Shown here: piece by piece, positions 7,877-17,208 of the stretch
Position numbering within the stretch: the stretch's first letter is position 1
Layout: each line of letters begins with the position of its first letter
Assembly (NCBI GenBank): GCA_039591655.1
Contig: JBDHDE010000022.1
Span: 1 to 39,640 of the forward strand
Direction of reading: 5' to 3'
DNA from: Gemmatimonadota bacterium
GTDB lineage: Bacteria; Gemmatimonadota; Gemmatimonadetes; Gemmatimonadales; GWC2-71-9
Length of the DNA stretch: 39,640 bases
Notes under the pieces: generated by a model
The model's database searches: none
What the model saw: the letters and a program-made list of their open reading frames with translations, nothing else
What the model was told of the DNA's origin: nothing
Position numbers and translations under genes: made by a program

Positions 7877-8716
7877 GTGCGCCGCTCCAAACTCATCGCT
7901 CTCGCCCTCCTGCTGTGCTCATCCGGCCCGGCGCGGGGTCAGACCACAGGGTTTCCCCGGGACCTTGCTCGCCGGGAGACGAGCCCGTGGACGGCGCAAT
8001 CCGATACCAGGCGGCCCGACTGGCTTCCGCCCCTGTCCTCCCTCATCATCCCTGGCAGCGGTCAGCTGATGCTGGGCCAGGAACGGGGCGCGATCTACCT
8101 CGTGCTGGAGGCATTCCTCCTCACCCAGTTCTTCGCGTTCCACTCCGAGGGCGGTAGGGAAGGAGACCGCTACCGCGAGCTGGCATTGACGATAGCACGA
8201 GCCCCCTTCGAGCCCATGTTGGCGGACACGGCGTTTGAGTACTACGAGAGGCTGGCGGACTTCATCGAGAGCGGGCCGTTCGACACGGATCCGGGTCCCG
8301 ACCTGGTGCCGCCGGAGGACGAGCGGACCTTCAACGGTAGCCAGTGGGCGCTGGCCCGGAGGACGTTCTTCCCAGACCCGGACAACCCGCCGCCTACCGA
8401 CTCGGAGGAGCACCAGCGCGCGCTCGATTTCTACCGATCCCGCGCCGTGGGACCGAACTTCCTCTGGACCTGGCGCAACGCAGGACTCGAGCAGGACCTG
8501 TTCCGGCAGTCGATCCGGCAGAGCGACGCGGCGTTCCGGCGCGCGACGACCCAGCTCGGGCTCCTGCTGGCCAACCACCTGTTGAGCGCGGTAGACGCCT
8601 TCATCACGACCCGGCTCAACAGGGGCCAGCGCCGGGTCGAGGTCGACTCCTCCATGCGGCAGGCCGCCGTGGGCGGGGGCGTGGACTGGGTCGCCGGGCT
8701 ACGGGTGAACTTCTGA
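7877..8716 (+). CDS. Hypothetical exported or membrane protein
   Basis: GTG start, signal-like N-terminus, LSSLIIPGSGQ motif, hydrophobic helices, C-terminal WVAGLRVNF; fits directly after the preceding gene. Confidence 0.7.
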   Translation: MRRSKLIALALLLCSSGPARGQTTGFPRDLARRETSPWTAQSDTRRPDWLPPLSSLIIPGSGQLMLGQERGAIYLVLEAFLLTQFFAFHSEGGREGDRYRELALTIARAPFEPMLADTAFEYYERLADFIESGPFDTDPGPDLVPPEDERTFNGSQWALARRTFFPDPDNPPPTDSEEHQRALDFYRSRAVGPNFLWTWRNAGLEQDLFRQSIRQSDAAFRRATTQLGLLLANHLLSAVDAFITTRLNRGQRRVEVDSSMRQAAVGGGVDWVAGLRVNF

Positions 8717-8855
8717 GCCCCCCCGGGGGCCTCCGCGGGCAGCTTGTGACGCTCGCCACAGCCCCCGGCAGAGCCGTGCCGAACCGGAGCGGGACCCGGC
8801 GTTGCGGGGGACCGAGGCCTCAGAAGCCCTGGCGCCACAATGTGATGCAGCTCAT

Positions 8856-8884
8856 TTGACTTGACTGGGGGGCATTCCTAGGTT
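8856..8884 (+). promoter_or_regulatory. Putative sigma70 promoter of the GGDEF / zinc-ribbon gene pair
   Basis: TTGACT (8856-8861), 17-nt spacer, TAGGTT (8879-8884); RBS GAGGAG before the GTG at 8919. Confidence 0.6.
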
Positions 8885-8918
8885 TGTCCGACTTTCACGA
8901 GGAGCGCAGAGGAGACCG

Positions 8919-9866
8919 GTGCGGACGCGCCCAACGGTACTCTATTTCTCACCCGCTGAGCGTCCCATACCCGATCTGATCTCGGCGTGGGCCGAGCAGC
9001 ATCCCCTCCCGCTGCTGTGGCTGCACGATCTCCATGACGTCGAGACGCAGGCGCTCCGCAGTCCCCCAGCCCTCATCATCGTCGATGCGGACGGCGCCGG
9101 CCCACAGGGTCTCGAGCTGTGCCGGGCGCTGAAGCAGGATCCCTACACTGCGATCGTGCCGGTGGCGTTCTTCTCCGGGGGGCACGCGTGGGAGCAGGTG
9201 CACACGTGGTTCGAGGCCGGAGCCGACGAGGTCCTGACGCCGATCCTCGCGCCCGCAGAGCAGCGGTGCCGGCTGGGCGTGCTTCTGTCACGTACGGAGC
9301 GCAACGTTGCCGTACACCCGTCCACTCGGCTGCCGGGAACCACGGAGATCGAACGGGAGATCCGCCACCGGCTCGACGACGGGGATGTGTTCGCCGTCTG
9401 TTACGCCGACCTGGATCACTTCAAGGAGTTCAACGACCGGTACAGCTATTACGACGGCGACCGGGTTATCTTTATTCTGTCGCGGATCCTGCGCGACGTG
9501 GTGAAGGGCCTCTGCCCGAAGGACGGGTTCGTGGGGCATATCGGTGGCGATGACTTCATCATGATCCTGGCCATGGCAATGGTGCAGGAGGTATGCGGCG
9601 AGGTCATCTCGGTGTTCGACGCGCTGATCCCGTACCAATACAACGCACAAGACCGACGGGCCGGCTACTTCTTCGGCAAGGATCGCCGCGGCCACCTGCA
9701 TCGGGTACCGCTCATGACCCTCTCGATCGGCATCGTGACGAACGAGCGCCGCGGATACAGCCACCCGGCGGAGGTGAGCGAGCTGGCTACCGAGATGAAG
9801 AGCTACGCCAAGACTCTACCTGGCTCGGTATTCGTCGTCGACCGGCGGCGCGACGCCGCCCAGTAG
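8919..9866 (+). CDS. Receiver-like + GGDEF-domain protein (GGDDF variant)
   Basis: LIIVDADG...GLELCRALK receiver-like region; HPSTRLPG, YADLDHFKEFNDRY, GHIGGDDF and LSIGIV motifs. Confidence 0.85.
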   Translation: MRTRPTVLYFSPAERPIPDLISAWAEQHPLPLLWLHDLHDVETQALRSPPALIIVDADGAGPQGLELCRALKQDPYTAIVPVAFFSGGHAWEQVHTWFEAGADEVLTPILAPAEQRCRLGVLLSRTERNVAVHPSTRLPGTTEIEREIRHRLDDGDVFAVCYADLDHFKEFNDRYSYYDGDRVIFILSRILRDVVKGLCPKDGFVGHIGGDDFIMILAMAMVQEVCGEVISVFDALIPYQYNAQDRRAGYFFGKDRRGHLHRVPLMTLSIGIVTNERRGYSHPAEVSELATEMKSYAKTLPGSVFVVDRRRDAAQ

Positions 9867-9884
9867 GGTGCCGGAGACCGCACC

Positions 9885-10922
9885 ATGAATGTGAGCTGTG
9901 CCAGCTGTGAGACGGTCTACCGCGTGGACCCGGCGAAGATCCCTGCCGGAGGCGTTCGCGCCCGCTGCTCGGTGTGCTCCGGCGTCATGGAGCTCGGCCC
10001 CACGGCCGAACAGGCGCCGGGTGATGCACCAGCGCCCAGCGTCCCGGCAGCCCACCGGGCTACGACCCCGCAAATCCGGGGTGCGGGGCCACCGCCGGTC
10101 CAGCCCGCAGCCCCGGCTCCCCAGCCCCAGGAAGCCGGTTTAGCGGCCCCACCTCCCCAGCCGGCTGCAGCGCCGGCGGCCATGCCCCCGGCCGCCCCCG
10201 TGGCGCAGCCGGCGGCCGAACCCGCCCCTGTGGCCGCCCCGGCGCCCGGCCCGGCACCGCCGCCTCAGCCGGCGACCCGCAAGCGGCGCATCACGCGGCC
10301 GGTCTCGGCCCCCCGGCTCTCCGGCGCCACCGTGCAGCCCGCCCCCGAGCGTCCCAGCGCCCCCGTCTTCCATGCGGCGCCCGGGCGGCCCATGCCGGCC
10401 CCGCCGGTGCCTCAGGCGGCCCCACAGGCAGCCCCCGAGCCGCCCGCGGCACCCTCGTTGGGGATCGCCCCAGCCGCCCCGGCGGCAGCCCCCCCGCCAC
10501 CGGCGGTCGAGCCCCAGGCTCCGGCCTCCGGGGCACCGCCGCCGCTCACACTCGAGCCCCAGGCTCCGGCACACCCGGCGGCGCCAGCCTCGCCTCTGCC
10601 TCCTGCGGCTGCCCCGGCCCAGCCAGAGGCCGAGGCGGTGCCACAGCCGCCCACGCGGCCCATCAACCCGTTCCTGTCTCAGGATCCCAAGCAGAAGGCG
10701 CGGCGCTTGGCTCGGGCCCTGGTCTCGGACATGATCGTGTACCAGCCCGAGAAGCGGCAGCAGGCTATGGCTCAGGGGAATCTCAAGGAGGTGTTCGACG
10801 AAGAGATCAAGAAGAGCTGGGACGAGTACGTGGAGCAGGTGGGGTCCGAAGTGGCCGAGTCCACCACGTTCTTCACTGAAGCCCTCAACGAGATTCTCGC
10901 GGGAGGGCAGCAGGTCTTCTAG
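9885..10922 (+). CDS. MJ0042-type zinc-ribbon protein with Pro/Ala-rich linker and helical C-terminal domain (RomX-like)
   Basis: CASC-x18-CSVC N-terminus, long Pro/Ala low-complexity region, C-terminal ARRLARALVSDMIVY...FFTEALNEILAGG. Confidence 0.8.
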   Translation: MNVSCASCETVYRVDPAKIPAGGVRARCSVCSGVMELGPTAEQAPGDAPAPSVPAAHRATTPQIRGAGPPPVQPAAPAPQPQEAGLAAPPPQPAAAPAAMPPAAPVAQPAAEPAPVAAPAPGPAPPPQPATRKRRITRPVSAPRLSGATVQPAPERPSAPVFHAAPGRPMPAPPVPQAAPQAAPEPPAAPSLGIAPAAPAAAPPPPAVEPQAPASGAPPPLTLEPQAPAHPAAPASPLPPAAAPAQPEAEAVPQPPTRPINPFLSQDPKQKARRLARALVSDMIVYQPEKRQQAMAQGNLKEVFDEEIKKSWDEYVEQVGSEVAESTTFFTEALNEILAGGQQVF

Positions 10923-10924
10923 GG

Positions 10925-10954
10925 TTGGTATCAACTCCCTGCCGGTCTTATATT
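10925..10954 (+). promoter_or_regulatory. Putative promoter of the prfB operon
   Basis: TTGGTA (10925-10930), 18-nt spacer, TATATT (10949-10954), in the intergenic region. Confidence 0.45.
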
Positions 10955-10962
10955 TGGCTGGT

Positions 10963-11003
10963 CGTCGAGCCGTCGTCCCCGGCCCGGGGTAGACGGCTCG
11001 ACG
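10963..11003 (+). other. Strong stem-loop upstream of prfB
   Basis: CGTCGAGCCGTC (10963-10974) is the perfect reverse complement of GACGGCTCGACG (10992-11003); inner stem CCCCG/CGGGG. Confidence 0.7.
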
Positions 11004-11031
11004 CATACCCGATTTGAGGAGCGGAACGCCA

Positions 11032-12139
11032 ATGGCCGAAGAGACTCGAGCGCAACTCGCCGCGCTGGACCGTCGAATCAAAGAACTCAGAGGCTATCTT
11101 TGACCTCGAAGAGAAGAATGCCCGCCTGAGCACCCTGGAATCGTCTATGGCGGCGCCGGGATTCTGGAACGACCCCGAGCGAGCCAAGGCCGCCGTCGAG
11201 GAAATCCGCCAACTCAAGCGATGGACCGAGCCGTTCTCCGACCTGAGCCGCCGGATCGAGGACGCCCTCGAGCTCACGCAGCTGATGGACCAGGAGCCCG
11301 ACCCGGACCTCGAGCGGCAACTCGCCGCAGAGGCCGCGCAGCTGGAGACTGGGCTGGAGCAGCTCGAGCTCCAGAGCATGCTCCAGGGCCCCGACGATCG
11401 CCGCGACGCCTTGCTCACCATTCACCCGGGGGCGGGCGGCACCGAGTCTCAGGATTGGGCCGAGATGCTCATGCGCATGTACAGCCGCTGGTCCGACCGG
11501 CGGGGCTACGGTGTGCAGCTGCTAGACCTGCTTCCCGGGGAGGAAGCCGGAATCAAGTCCGTCGCCATGGAGATCCGGGGCGACTACGCCTACGGGTTCC
11601 TCAAGGCGGAGAAAGGCGTGCATCGCCTCGTGCGGATCTCGCCGTTCGATGCCCAGTCCCGTCGGCACACTTCGTTCGCCTCGGTGTTCGTCTATCCCGT
11701 TGTGGATGACAGCGTGGAGATCGACCTGCGGGAGGAAGACATCGAGATGGAGGTGTTCCGGGCGTCCGGGGCGGGGGGCCAGCACGTGAACAAGACGTCG
11801 TCGGCCGTGCGCCTGCGGCACGTGCCCACGGGTATTGCCGTTTCGTGCCAACAGGAACGCAGCCAGCACAAGAACCGCGCCACGGCCCTCAAGATGCTCA
11901 GGGCGGCACTGTATCAGCAGGCCATCGAGGAGCGTGAGAAGAAGCGCGCCGAGCTGGAGGCCACGAAGACCGATATCAGCTGGGGCAACCAGATCCGGTC
12001 ATACGTGTTCCAGCCCTACACCATGGTGAACGACCATCGCACAGAACTGAAGGTCACGGACGTGCAATCGGTAATGAACGGAGGGATCGACCTGTTCATC
12101 GAGACCTTCCTGAAGAGATTCGGCAGCCTGGCAGCATGA
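11032..12139 (+). CDS. prfB: Peptide chain release factor 2 with programmed +1 frameshift
   Basis: ATG at 11032 after RBS GAGGAG gives MAEETRAQLAALDRRIKELRGYL, then CTT-TGA-C (11098-11104). The +1 frame continues into the 11147 ORF, which has the SPF and GGQ motifs. Confidence 0.96.
11089..11104 (+). promoter_or_regulatory. RF2 programmed frameshift cassette
   Basis: AGAGGCTATCTTTGAC: an internal SD-like AGAGG followed by the slippery site CTTTGAC. Confidence 0.93.
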
Positions 12140-13623
12140 GCGTAGACGTGCGATCCCGGGTGGAAGAGGCTCGGCGAGAGAAGCTGGAAGCGATCCGCGC
12201 CCGCGGGATCGCGCCGTACGCGTACGGGTATCGGCGCACCCACACCGCTGCCGAGGCGGTCGCATCGTACGACCCCGAGACGCAGGTGCAGGTGCGCGTC
12301 GCGGGCCGGCTGATCGCTCGCCGGGGTCATGGGAAGACGACATTCACACACATGCGGGACGCCAGCGGCAGGGTGCAGGTCTACTTCCGAGAGGACGGCC
12401 TCGGCGAGGACCAGTACGAGTTGGTCCGGCTGCTCGACCTGGGAGACCATCTGGGCGTTTCCGGTCATATGTTCCAGACGAAGACCGGCGAGATCACCGT
12501 CCACGCCCACGAGGTGACGTTGCTGGCGAAGGCGCTACGGCCACCGCCCATCGGCAAGGAAGACGCGGCGGGCGAGCAGCATGGGGGGCTGCGCGACACC
12601 GAGCAGCGCTATCGGCAGCGTTACGCCGACCTCGTGGCCCAGCCCGAGACCGGTGAGACCTTCCGGCTCCGGGCACGCGTGATCGCCCACCTGCGGCGCT
12701 TCCTCGATGCCAGGGGCTACCTGGAGGTGGAGACGCCCGTGCTCCAGCCGGTATACGGCGGTGCGCTGGCACGGCCCTTCGCGACGCACCACAATGCGTT
12801 GGATGCGCGCTTCTACCTGCGCATCGCTACAGAGCTCTACCTGAAGCGCTGCATCGTCGGTGGCATCGAGCGCGTATACGAGATCGGCAAGGACTTTCGC
12901 AACGAGGGCATCGACCGGCTCCACAACCCGGAGTTCACGATGCTGGAGTTCTACGAGGCCTATGCCGACTACCAGGACATCATGGACCTCGTGGAGGAGA
13001 TGCTCCACGGGCTCGTCACCGAGTTGTGCGGCACCACCGTGCTGGAGCGCTTCGGCAGGACCCTCGATTTTTCCCGCCCGTTTCTCCGGGTGTCGTACCT
13101 CGACGTGGTGCAGCGGTATGGGGCAGTGGACCTGGAAGCGGCCACCGACGACGACCTGCGTGACCTGCTGAGGAAGCGGGACGTGCCCGACCTCGATCCG
13201 CTGCCGCGGGGCAAGCTGATCGAAGAGGTCTTCAAGGAGTACGTCGAGCCGCAGCTCGAGCAGCCCACGTTCGTCGTGGACTACCCCCTGGAGCTCTCGC
13301 CCCTGGCCAAGCCCCACCGCGCGGACCCCGCGCTAGCAGAGCGGTTCGAGCTGTACGCCGACGGTCGGGAACTCGCCAACGCCTTCAGCGAACTGAACGA
13401 TCCTGATGACCAGCGGGCGCGGTTCGAGGCCCAGGCCGCGGCGCGGGCCGCCGGCGACCTGGAGGCACACCAGGTGGACGAGGACTACGTGCGGGCGCTG
13501 GAGTACGGCATGCCGCCCACCGGCGGCTGCGGCCTGGGCATCGACCGCCTGGTGATGATCCTCGCGGAGGAGTCGTCCATCCGGGACGTGATCCTGTTCC
13601 CCACACTGAGGCCCGAGGAATGA
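12136..13623 (+). CDS. lysS: Lysine--tRNA ligase (class II)
   Basis: RYRQRYADL, YLRIATELYLKR, FRNEG, HNPEFTMLE and EYGMPPTGGCGLGIDRL motifs. Confidence 0.97.
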   Translation: MSVDVRSRVEEARREKLEAIRARGIAPYAYGYRRTHTAAEAVASYDPETQVQVRVAGRLIARRGHGKTTFTHMRDASGRVQVYFREDGLGEDQYELVRLLDLGDHLGVSGHMFQTKTGEITVHAHEVTLLAKALRPPPIGKEDAAGEQHGGLRDTEQRYRQRYADLVAQPETGETFRLRARVIAHLRRFLDARGYLEVETPVLQPVYGGALARPFATHHNALDARFYLRIATELYLKRCIVGGIERVYEIGKDFRNEGIDRLHNPEFTMLEFYEAYADYQDIMDLVEEMLHGLVTELCGTTVLERFGRTLDFSRPFLRVSYLDVVQRYGAVDLEAATDDDLRDLLRKRDVPDLDPLPRGKLIEEVFKEYVEPQLEQPTFVVDYPLELSPLAKPHRADPALAERFELYADGRELANAFSELNDPDDQRARFEAQAAARAAGDLEAHQVDEDYVRALEYGMPPTGGCGLGIDRLVMILAEESSIRDVILFPTLRPEE

Positions 13624-14870
13624 GCCGGTTGGAGCGCAAGCTGGCCTCGCGCTACCTGAGGAGCCGCCGCTCTTCGCGGCTCTTCTCGCTGATCACGCTC
13701 ATCGCCACCGGCGGGGTCACGGTCGGAGTGATGGCGCTCATCGTCGTGATGGGCGTGATGAACGGCTTACAGAACGAGCTGCGAGATAAGATCCTGGTGG
13801 CGAGCCCCCACCTCCGGGTCCTGACGTTCGGACGGGGCCTCCGGCTCGAAGACTGGGGGCGGGTGCGGGAGACCGTGGAGGCCAACCCGGAGGTCGTGGC
13901 GGTGGCGCCCTTCGTGTTGAGCCAGGGGTTGCTCTCGGCCGGAGCCGACTACGCCCAAGGGGTATACGTCGTCGGCATCGAGCCTGACACCGGTGCGATG
14001 GCGGTGACGGCGTTGCCCCGGCACTTCGTGCAGGGCGACTTGCGGTTCGCCACCAGCCGCCCCGACGTGGAGGGTGGGATCGTGCTGGGGCGCCGCCTGG
14101 CGGAGCGTATGACGGCGTTCCCCGGGGACACCGTCACCATGGTGTCGCCCGCGGGCAGCCGGTTCAACGCCGCCCTCGGGGCGTTCGTGCCCAAGTGGTG
14201 GACCTTCGAGGTCACCGGAGTGTTCCAGTCGGGCATGTACGAGTACGACAACGGGTACGTGTTGCTCCCCCGGCAACTCGCACAGGAGTACGCGGGATTG
14301 GGCGCGGCGGTGACCGGACTGGAAGTCCGCATCAAGGACCCTTGGGAGGCCCCACGGGTGGGAGCGGAGCTTGAGGCCGAGCTGGGCTATCCCTACCGCA
14401 CCCTGGACTGGCAGACCCAGAACGCCTCGCTGTTCTCGGCGCTTCAGCTCGAGAAGCTGGCCATGGGCACGATCCTGCTCCTCATTGTCGTGGTGGCGGC
14501 GTTCAACATCGTCAGCACGCTGACCATGCTCGTGCGGGACAAGACCCGGGAGATCGGCATCCTCCGCGCGATGGGGCTCCCGGTCCGCTCGGTGCGCCGT
14601 GTGTTCATTCTGCAGGGCGTCGTGATCGGCGTCGTCGGCGCCGTGCTGGGCACGGGACTGGGCCTCATCTTGGCCCGGGTCGTCGACCGCCGGCAGATCG
14701 TCGCTCTCGATCCGTCGGTGTACTTCATCGACCACCTCCCCGTGCACGTGGACCCGGCTGACCTGCTGATCATCCTGGTAGCCAGTATCACCGTGGCCAC
14801 CCTGGCCACGCTCTACCCGGCACGGCAGGCCGCGACCCTCAACCCGGTAGACGCGATCCGGTACGAATGA
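13620..14870 (+). CDS. lolC: Lipoprotein-releasing ABC transporter permease (LolC/E family)
   Basis: ALIVVMGVMNG, VAAFNIVSTLTMLV.DKTREIGILRAMG and YPARQAATLNP motifs. Confidence 0.9.
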   Translation: MSRLERKLASRYLRSRRSSRLFSLITLIATGGVTVGVMALIVVMGVMNGLQNELRDKILVASPHLRVLTFGRGLRLEDWGRVRETVEANPEVVAVAPFVLSQGLLSAGADYAQGVYVVGIEPDTGAMAVTALPRHFVQGDLRFATSRPDVEGGIVLGRRLAERMTAFPGDTVTMVSPAGSRFNAALGAFVPKWWTFEVTGVFQSGMYEYDNGYVLLPRQLAQEYAGLGAAVTGLEVRIKDPWEAPRVGAELEAELGYPYRTLDWQTQNASLFSALQLEKLAMGTILLLIVVVAAFNIVSTLTMLVRDKTREIGILRAMGLPVRSVRRVFILQGVVIGVVGAVLGTGLGLILARVVDRRQIVALDPSVYFIDHLPVHVDPADLLIILVASITVATLATLYPARQAATLNPVDAIRYE

Positions 14871-15568
14871 GCGCCGTGCTCGAAGCGGACGCGGTCCGCA
14901 AAGTGTATCGCGGTGGCGACCTGGCCCTCGTCGAGGTGCTGAACCACGTGGACCTGACGGTCCGACGCGGCGAGGTGGTGGCCATCGTGGGCGCGAGCGG
15001 CGCCGGCAAGAGCACACTGCTGCACCTGCTGGGCGCCCTGGACGAGCCGACCGGTGGCGACATCCGGCTGAACGGCACGTCGTTCACGTCGCTCACCGGA
15101 CGGGAGCGCGACGAGCTCCGCAATCGGCAGGTGGGGTTCGTGTTCCAATTCCATCACCTGCTGCGGGAGTTCACGGCCCTCGAGAACGTCATGATGCCGC
15201 TTCTCATCGCAGGCTGGTCCGAGGAGCGCGCCCAAGCGCGGGCCGAGGAGATACTGGCGGCGGTGGATCTCGCCGGCCGGATGGCGCACCGGCCCATCCA
15301 GCTCTCCGGCGGGGAACAGCAGCGCTGCGCAGTGGCGCGGGCCGTCGTACACGATCCCAAGGTGTTGCTGGCCGACGAGCCCAGCGGGAACCTGGACCAC
15401 TACAACAGCCATCGGCTCAACGACCTCCTGTTCGCGTTGGCGCGCGACCTGGAGACCTCGTTGGTTGTCGTCACCCACAACCCGACGCTGGCCCAGCGGG
15501 CCGACCGCGCCCTGCTGCTGCAGGACGGCCGCCTCCAGCCGGTCAACTCCGCCGAGGTCGTACCCTAA
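14867..15568 (+). CDS. lolD: Lipoprotein-releasing ABC transporter ATPase
   Basis: [27 protein letters not shown] and [10 protein letters not shown] motifs; follows lolC/E. Confidence 0.92.
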   Translation: MSAVLEADAVRKVYRGGDLALVEVLNHVDLTVRRGEVVAIVGASGAGKSTLLHLLGALDEPTGGDIRLNGTSFTSLTGRERDELRNRQVGFVFQFHHLLREFTALENVMMPLLIAGWSEERAQARAEEILAAVDLAGRMAHRPIQLSGGEQQRCAVARAVVHDPKVLLADEPSGNLDHYNSHRLNDLLFALARDLETSLVVVTHNPTLAQRADRALLLQDGRLQPVNSAEVVP

Positions 15569-16065
15569 TGCAGTGCGACAACTGCCACGAGCGTCCCGCT
15601 GCGATCCACCTCACGCAGATCGTCGACAACTCGGTGACGACCGTGCACCTGTGTGAGGAGTGCGCCGCGGAGAAGGGCGTCCAGACGGGGGCCAGCGTCA
15701 CCAAGCTCCCACTCTCCGGCTTCCTCGCCTCGGTGGGGCAGGGAGCCGCGGCGGCGCTGCCGCCGGGGGTAGACGACCGGAGCTGCGGCTTTTGCGGCGC
15801 GAAGCTCCAGGACTTCAGGGAGACGGGACGGCTCGGCTGCCCACATTGCTACGACACGTTCGAGCAGCACCTGCGCGACCTGCTGCGCCGGATTCACGGC
15901 TCGAGCCAACACGTTGGAGAGGTGTACCTCCCGGCCACGACGGCCCCGTTCGACGACACGCAGCGGACGCTCGCGGAGCTCCGGGAGCAGCTGCGCCGCG
16001 CGGTGGAGACGGAGAACTTCGAGCTGGCCGCCGAGCTACGGGACCAGATCCGGGGTATGGAGTGA
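15568..16065 (+). CDS. mcsA: McsA (Zn-finger + UVR domain), activator of McsB
   Basis: Four CxxC motifs, GRLGCPHCY, RRIHGSSQHVG, and UVR motif ENFELAAELRDQI. Confidence 0.92.
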   Translation: MQCDNCHERPAAIHLTQIVDNSVTTVHLCEECAAEKGVQTGASVTKLPLSGFLASVGQGAAAALPPGVDDRSCGFCGAKLQDFRETGRLGCPHCYDTFEQHLRDLLRRIHGSSQHVGEVYLPATTAPFDDTQRTLAELREQLRRAVETENFELAAELRDQIRGME

Positions 16066-17171
16066 TGCTCGACTTCAGCCTGCTTCCGGATGGCGGCATC
16101 ACATGGCTCGACGCCAGCGGTCCGGAGAGCCATATCGTGCTGTCCACCCGCGTGCGCCTCGCCCGCAACCTCCAGGGTATGGCGTTCACGGTGCGCGCAA
16201 GCGACACCGACCTGGAGGTCACGCGCGACCAGATCGTCGAGGCGGGGCGCCAGACCCTGTCGCTGTCGGAAGGCGCCGTCTTCCCCGTGGGCGAGTTGGA
16301 TCGCCTGGACCGCCAGCTCCTGCACGAGCGGCACATGATCTCCCGGGAGCTCGCTGGTCTCGACCGCGACCACCCGGTGCGCCGCGCGGGGGCGCTCCTT
16401 TCCAACGGCAGCCTGGGGATCATGGTCAACGAGGAGGACCATCTCCGCCTCCAGAGCCTCCAGTCGGGGTTCGGGCTGGAAGCATGCTACACGGAGCTGG
16501 AGCGGCTCGACTCCGAGCTGGGCGCGCGGATTCCCGTCGCGTTCCACCCGGAGTTTGGTTACCTTACCGCGTGCCCGACCAATGCGGGAACGGGGCTGCG
16601 AGCATCGGTCCTGATCCACCTACCAGGCCTCGTCCTCACCAAGGAAATCGCCAAGGTCCTCCAGGGTCTCTCGCAGGTCGGGTTGACGTTCCGCGGGCTG
16701 TACGGCGAGGGGAGCGAGGTGGTCGGGAATTTCTTCCAGCTCTCCAACCAGACGACACTCGGGAAGCGCGAGGAAGAGCTCATCGACCACCTGGACAAAA
16801 TGGTGCTTCAGGTCATCGAGTACGAGATGCAGGCCCGCGAGGTCCTGGAGCGGGAGGCTCCCGCCGTGATCGCCGACAAGGTGTGGCGCGCGTATGGACT
16901 GTTGCGCTACGCCCGCAGTCTATCGTTCGAAGAGACGATGAACCTGTTGAGCGGCGTGCGGCTGGGGGTCGGACTGAACTTGATCGACGACGTGAGTGTA
17001 TACACACTGAACAAGCTGCTGATATTCACGCAGCCCGCACACCTGGCGCAACGCGAGGGATGTCACCCCTCGGACCCGGAGCTTCCCGTCAGTCGCGCCT
17101 CGTACGTGCGGATGTTGCTGGAAGCGGACGCCAGCCGGCGGCCCGACGGTAACGGGACGACTTCCGGATAG
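16065..17171 (+). CDS. mcsB: Protein arginine kinase McsB
   Basis: IVLSTRVRLARN, MVNEEDHLR, YLTACPTNAGTGLRAS and RGLYGEGSE motifs. Start placed at ATG 16065 (TGATG overlap). Confidence 0.94.
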   Translation: MLDFSLLPDGGITWLDASGPESHIVLSTRVRLARNLQGMAFTVRASDTDLEVTRDQIVEAGRQTLSLSEGAVFPVGELDRLDRQLLHERHMISRELAGLDRDHPVRRAGALLSNGSLGIMVNEEDHLRLQSLQSGFGLEACYTELERLDSELGARIPVAFHPEFGYLTACPTNAGTGLRASVLIHLPGLVLTKEIAKVLQGLSQVGLTFRGLYGEGSEVVGNFFQLSNQTTLGKREEELIDHLDKMVLQVIEYEMQAREVLEREAPAVIADKVWRAYGLLRYARSLSFEETMNLLSGVRLGVGLNLIDDVSVYTLNKLLIFTQPAHLAQREGCHPSDPELPVSRASYVRMLLEADASRRPDGNGTTSG

Positions 17172-17208
17172 TGGGCCGCACAACCATGGAGCGTAAGTCG
17201 ACAGAGCA

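Noticed and set aside
8717..8820. Intrinsic terminator after the hypothetical gene
   Set aside because: GC-rich stems are present but there is no U-tract.
10020..10660. Tandem repeat array or CRISPR
   Set aside because: This is low-complexity Pro/Ala coding sequence with no fixed repeat-spacer period.
15660..16064. Long N-terminal extensions in the ORF track (mcsB here; likewise era, bamA, lpxA, DUF374, lpxK, rlmH, larC)
   Set aside because: They overlap upstream genes in another frame; family homology begins at the downstream starts.
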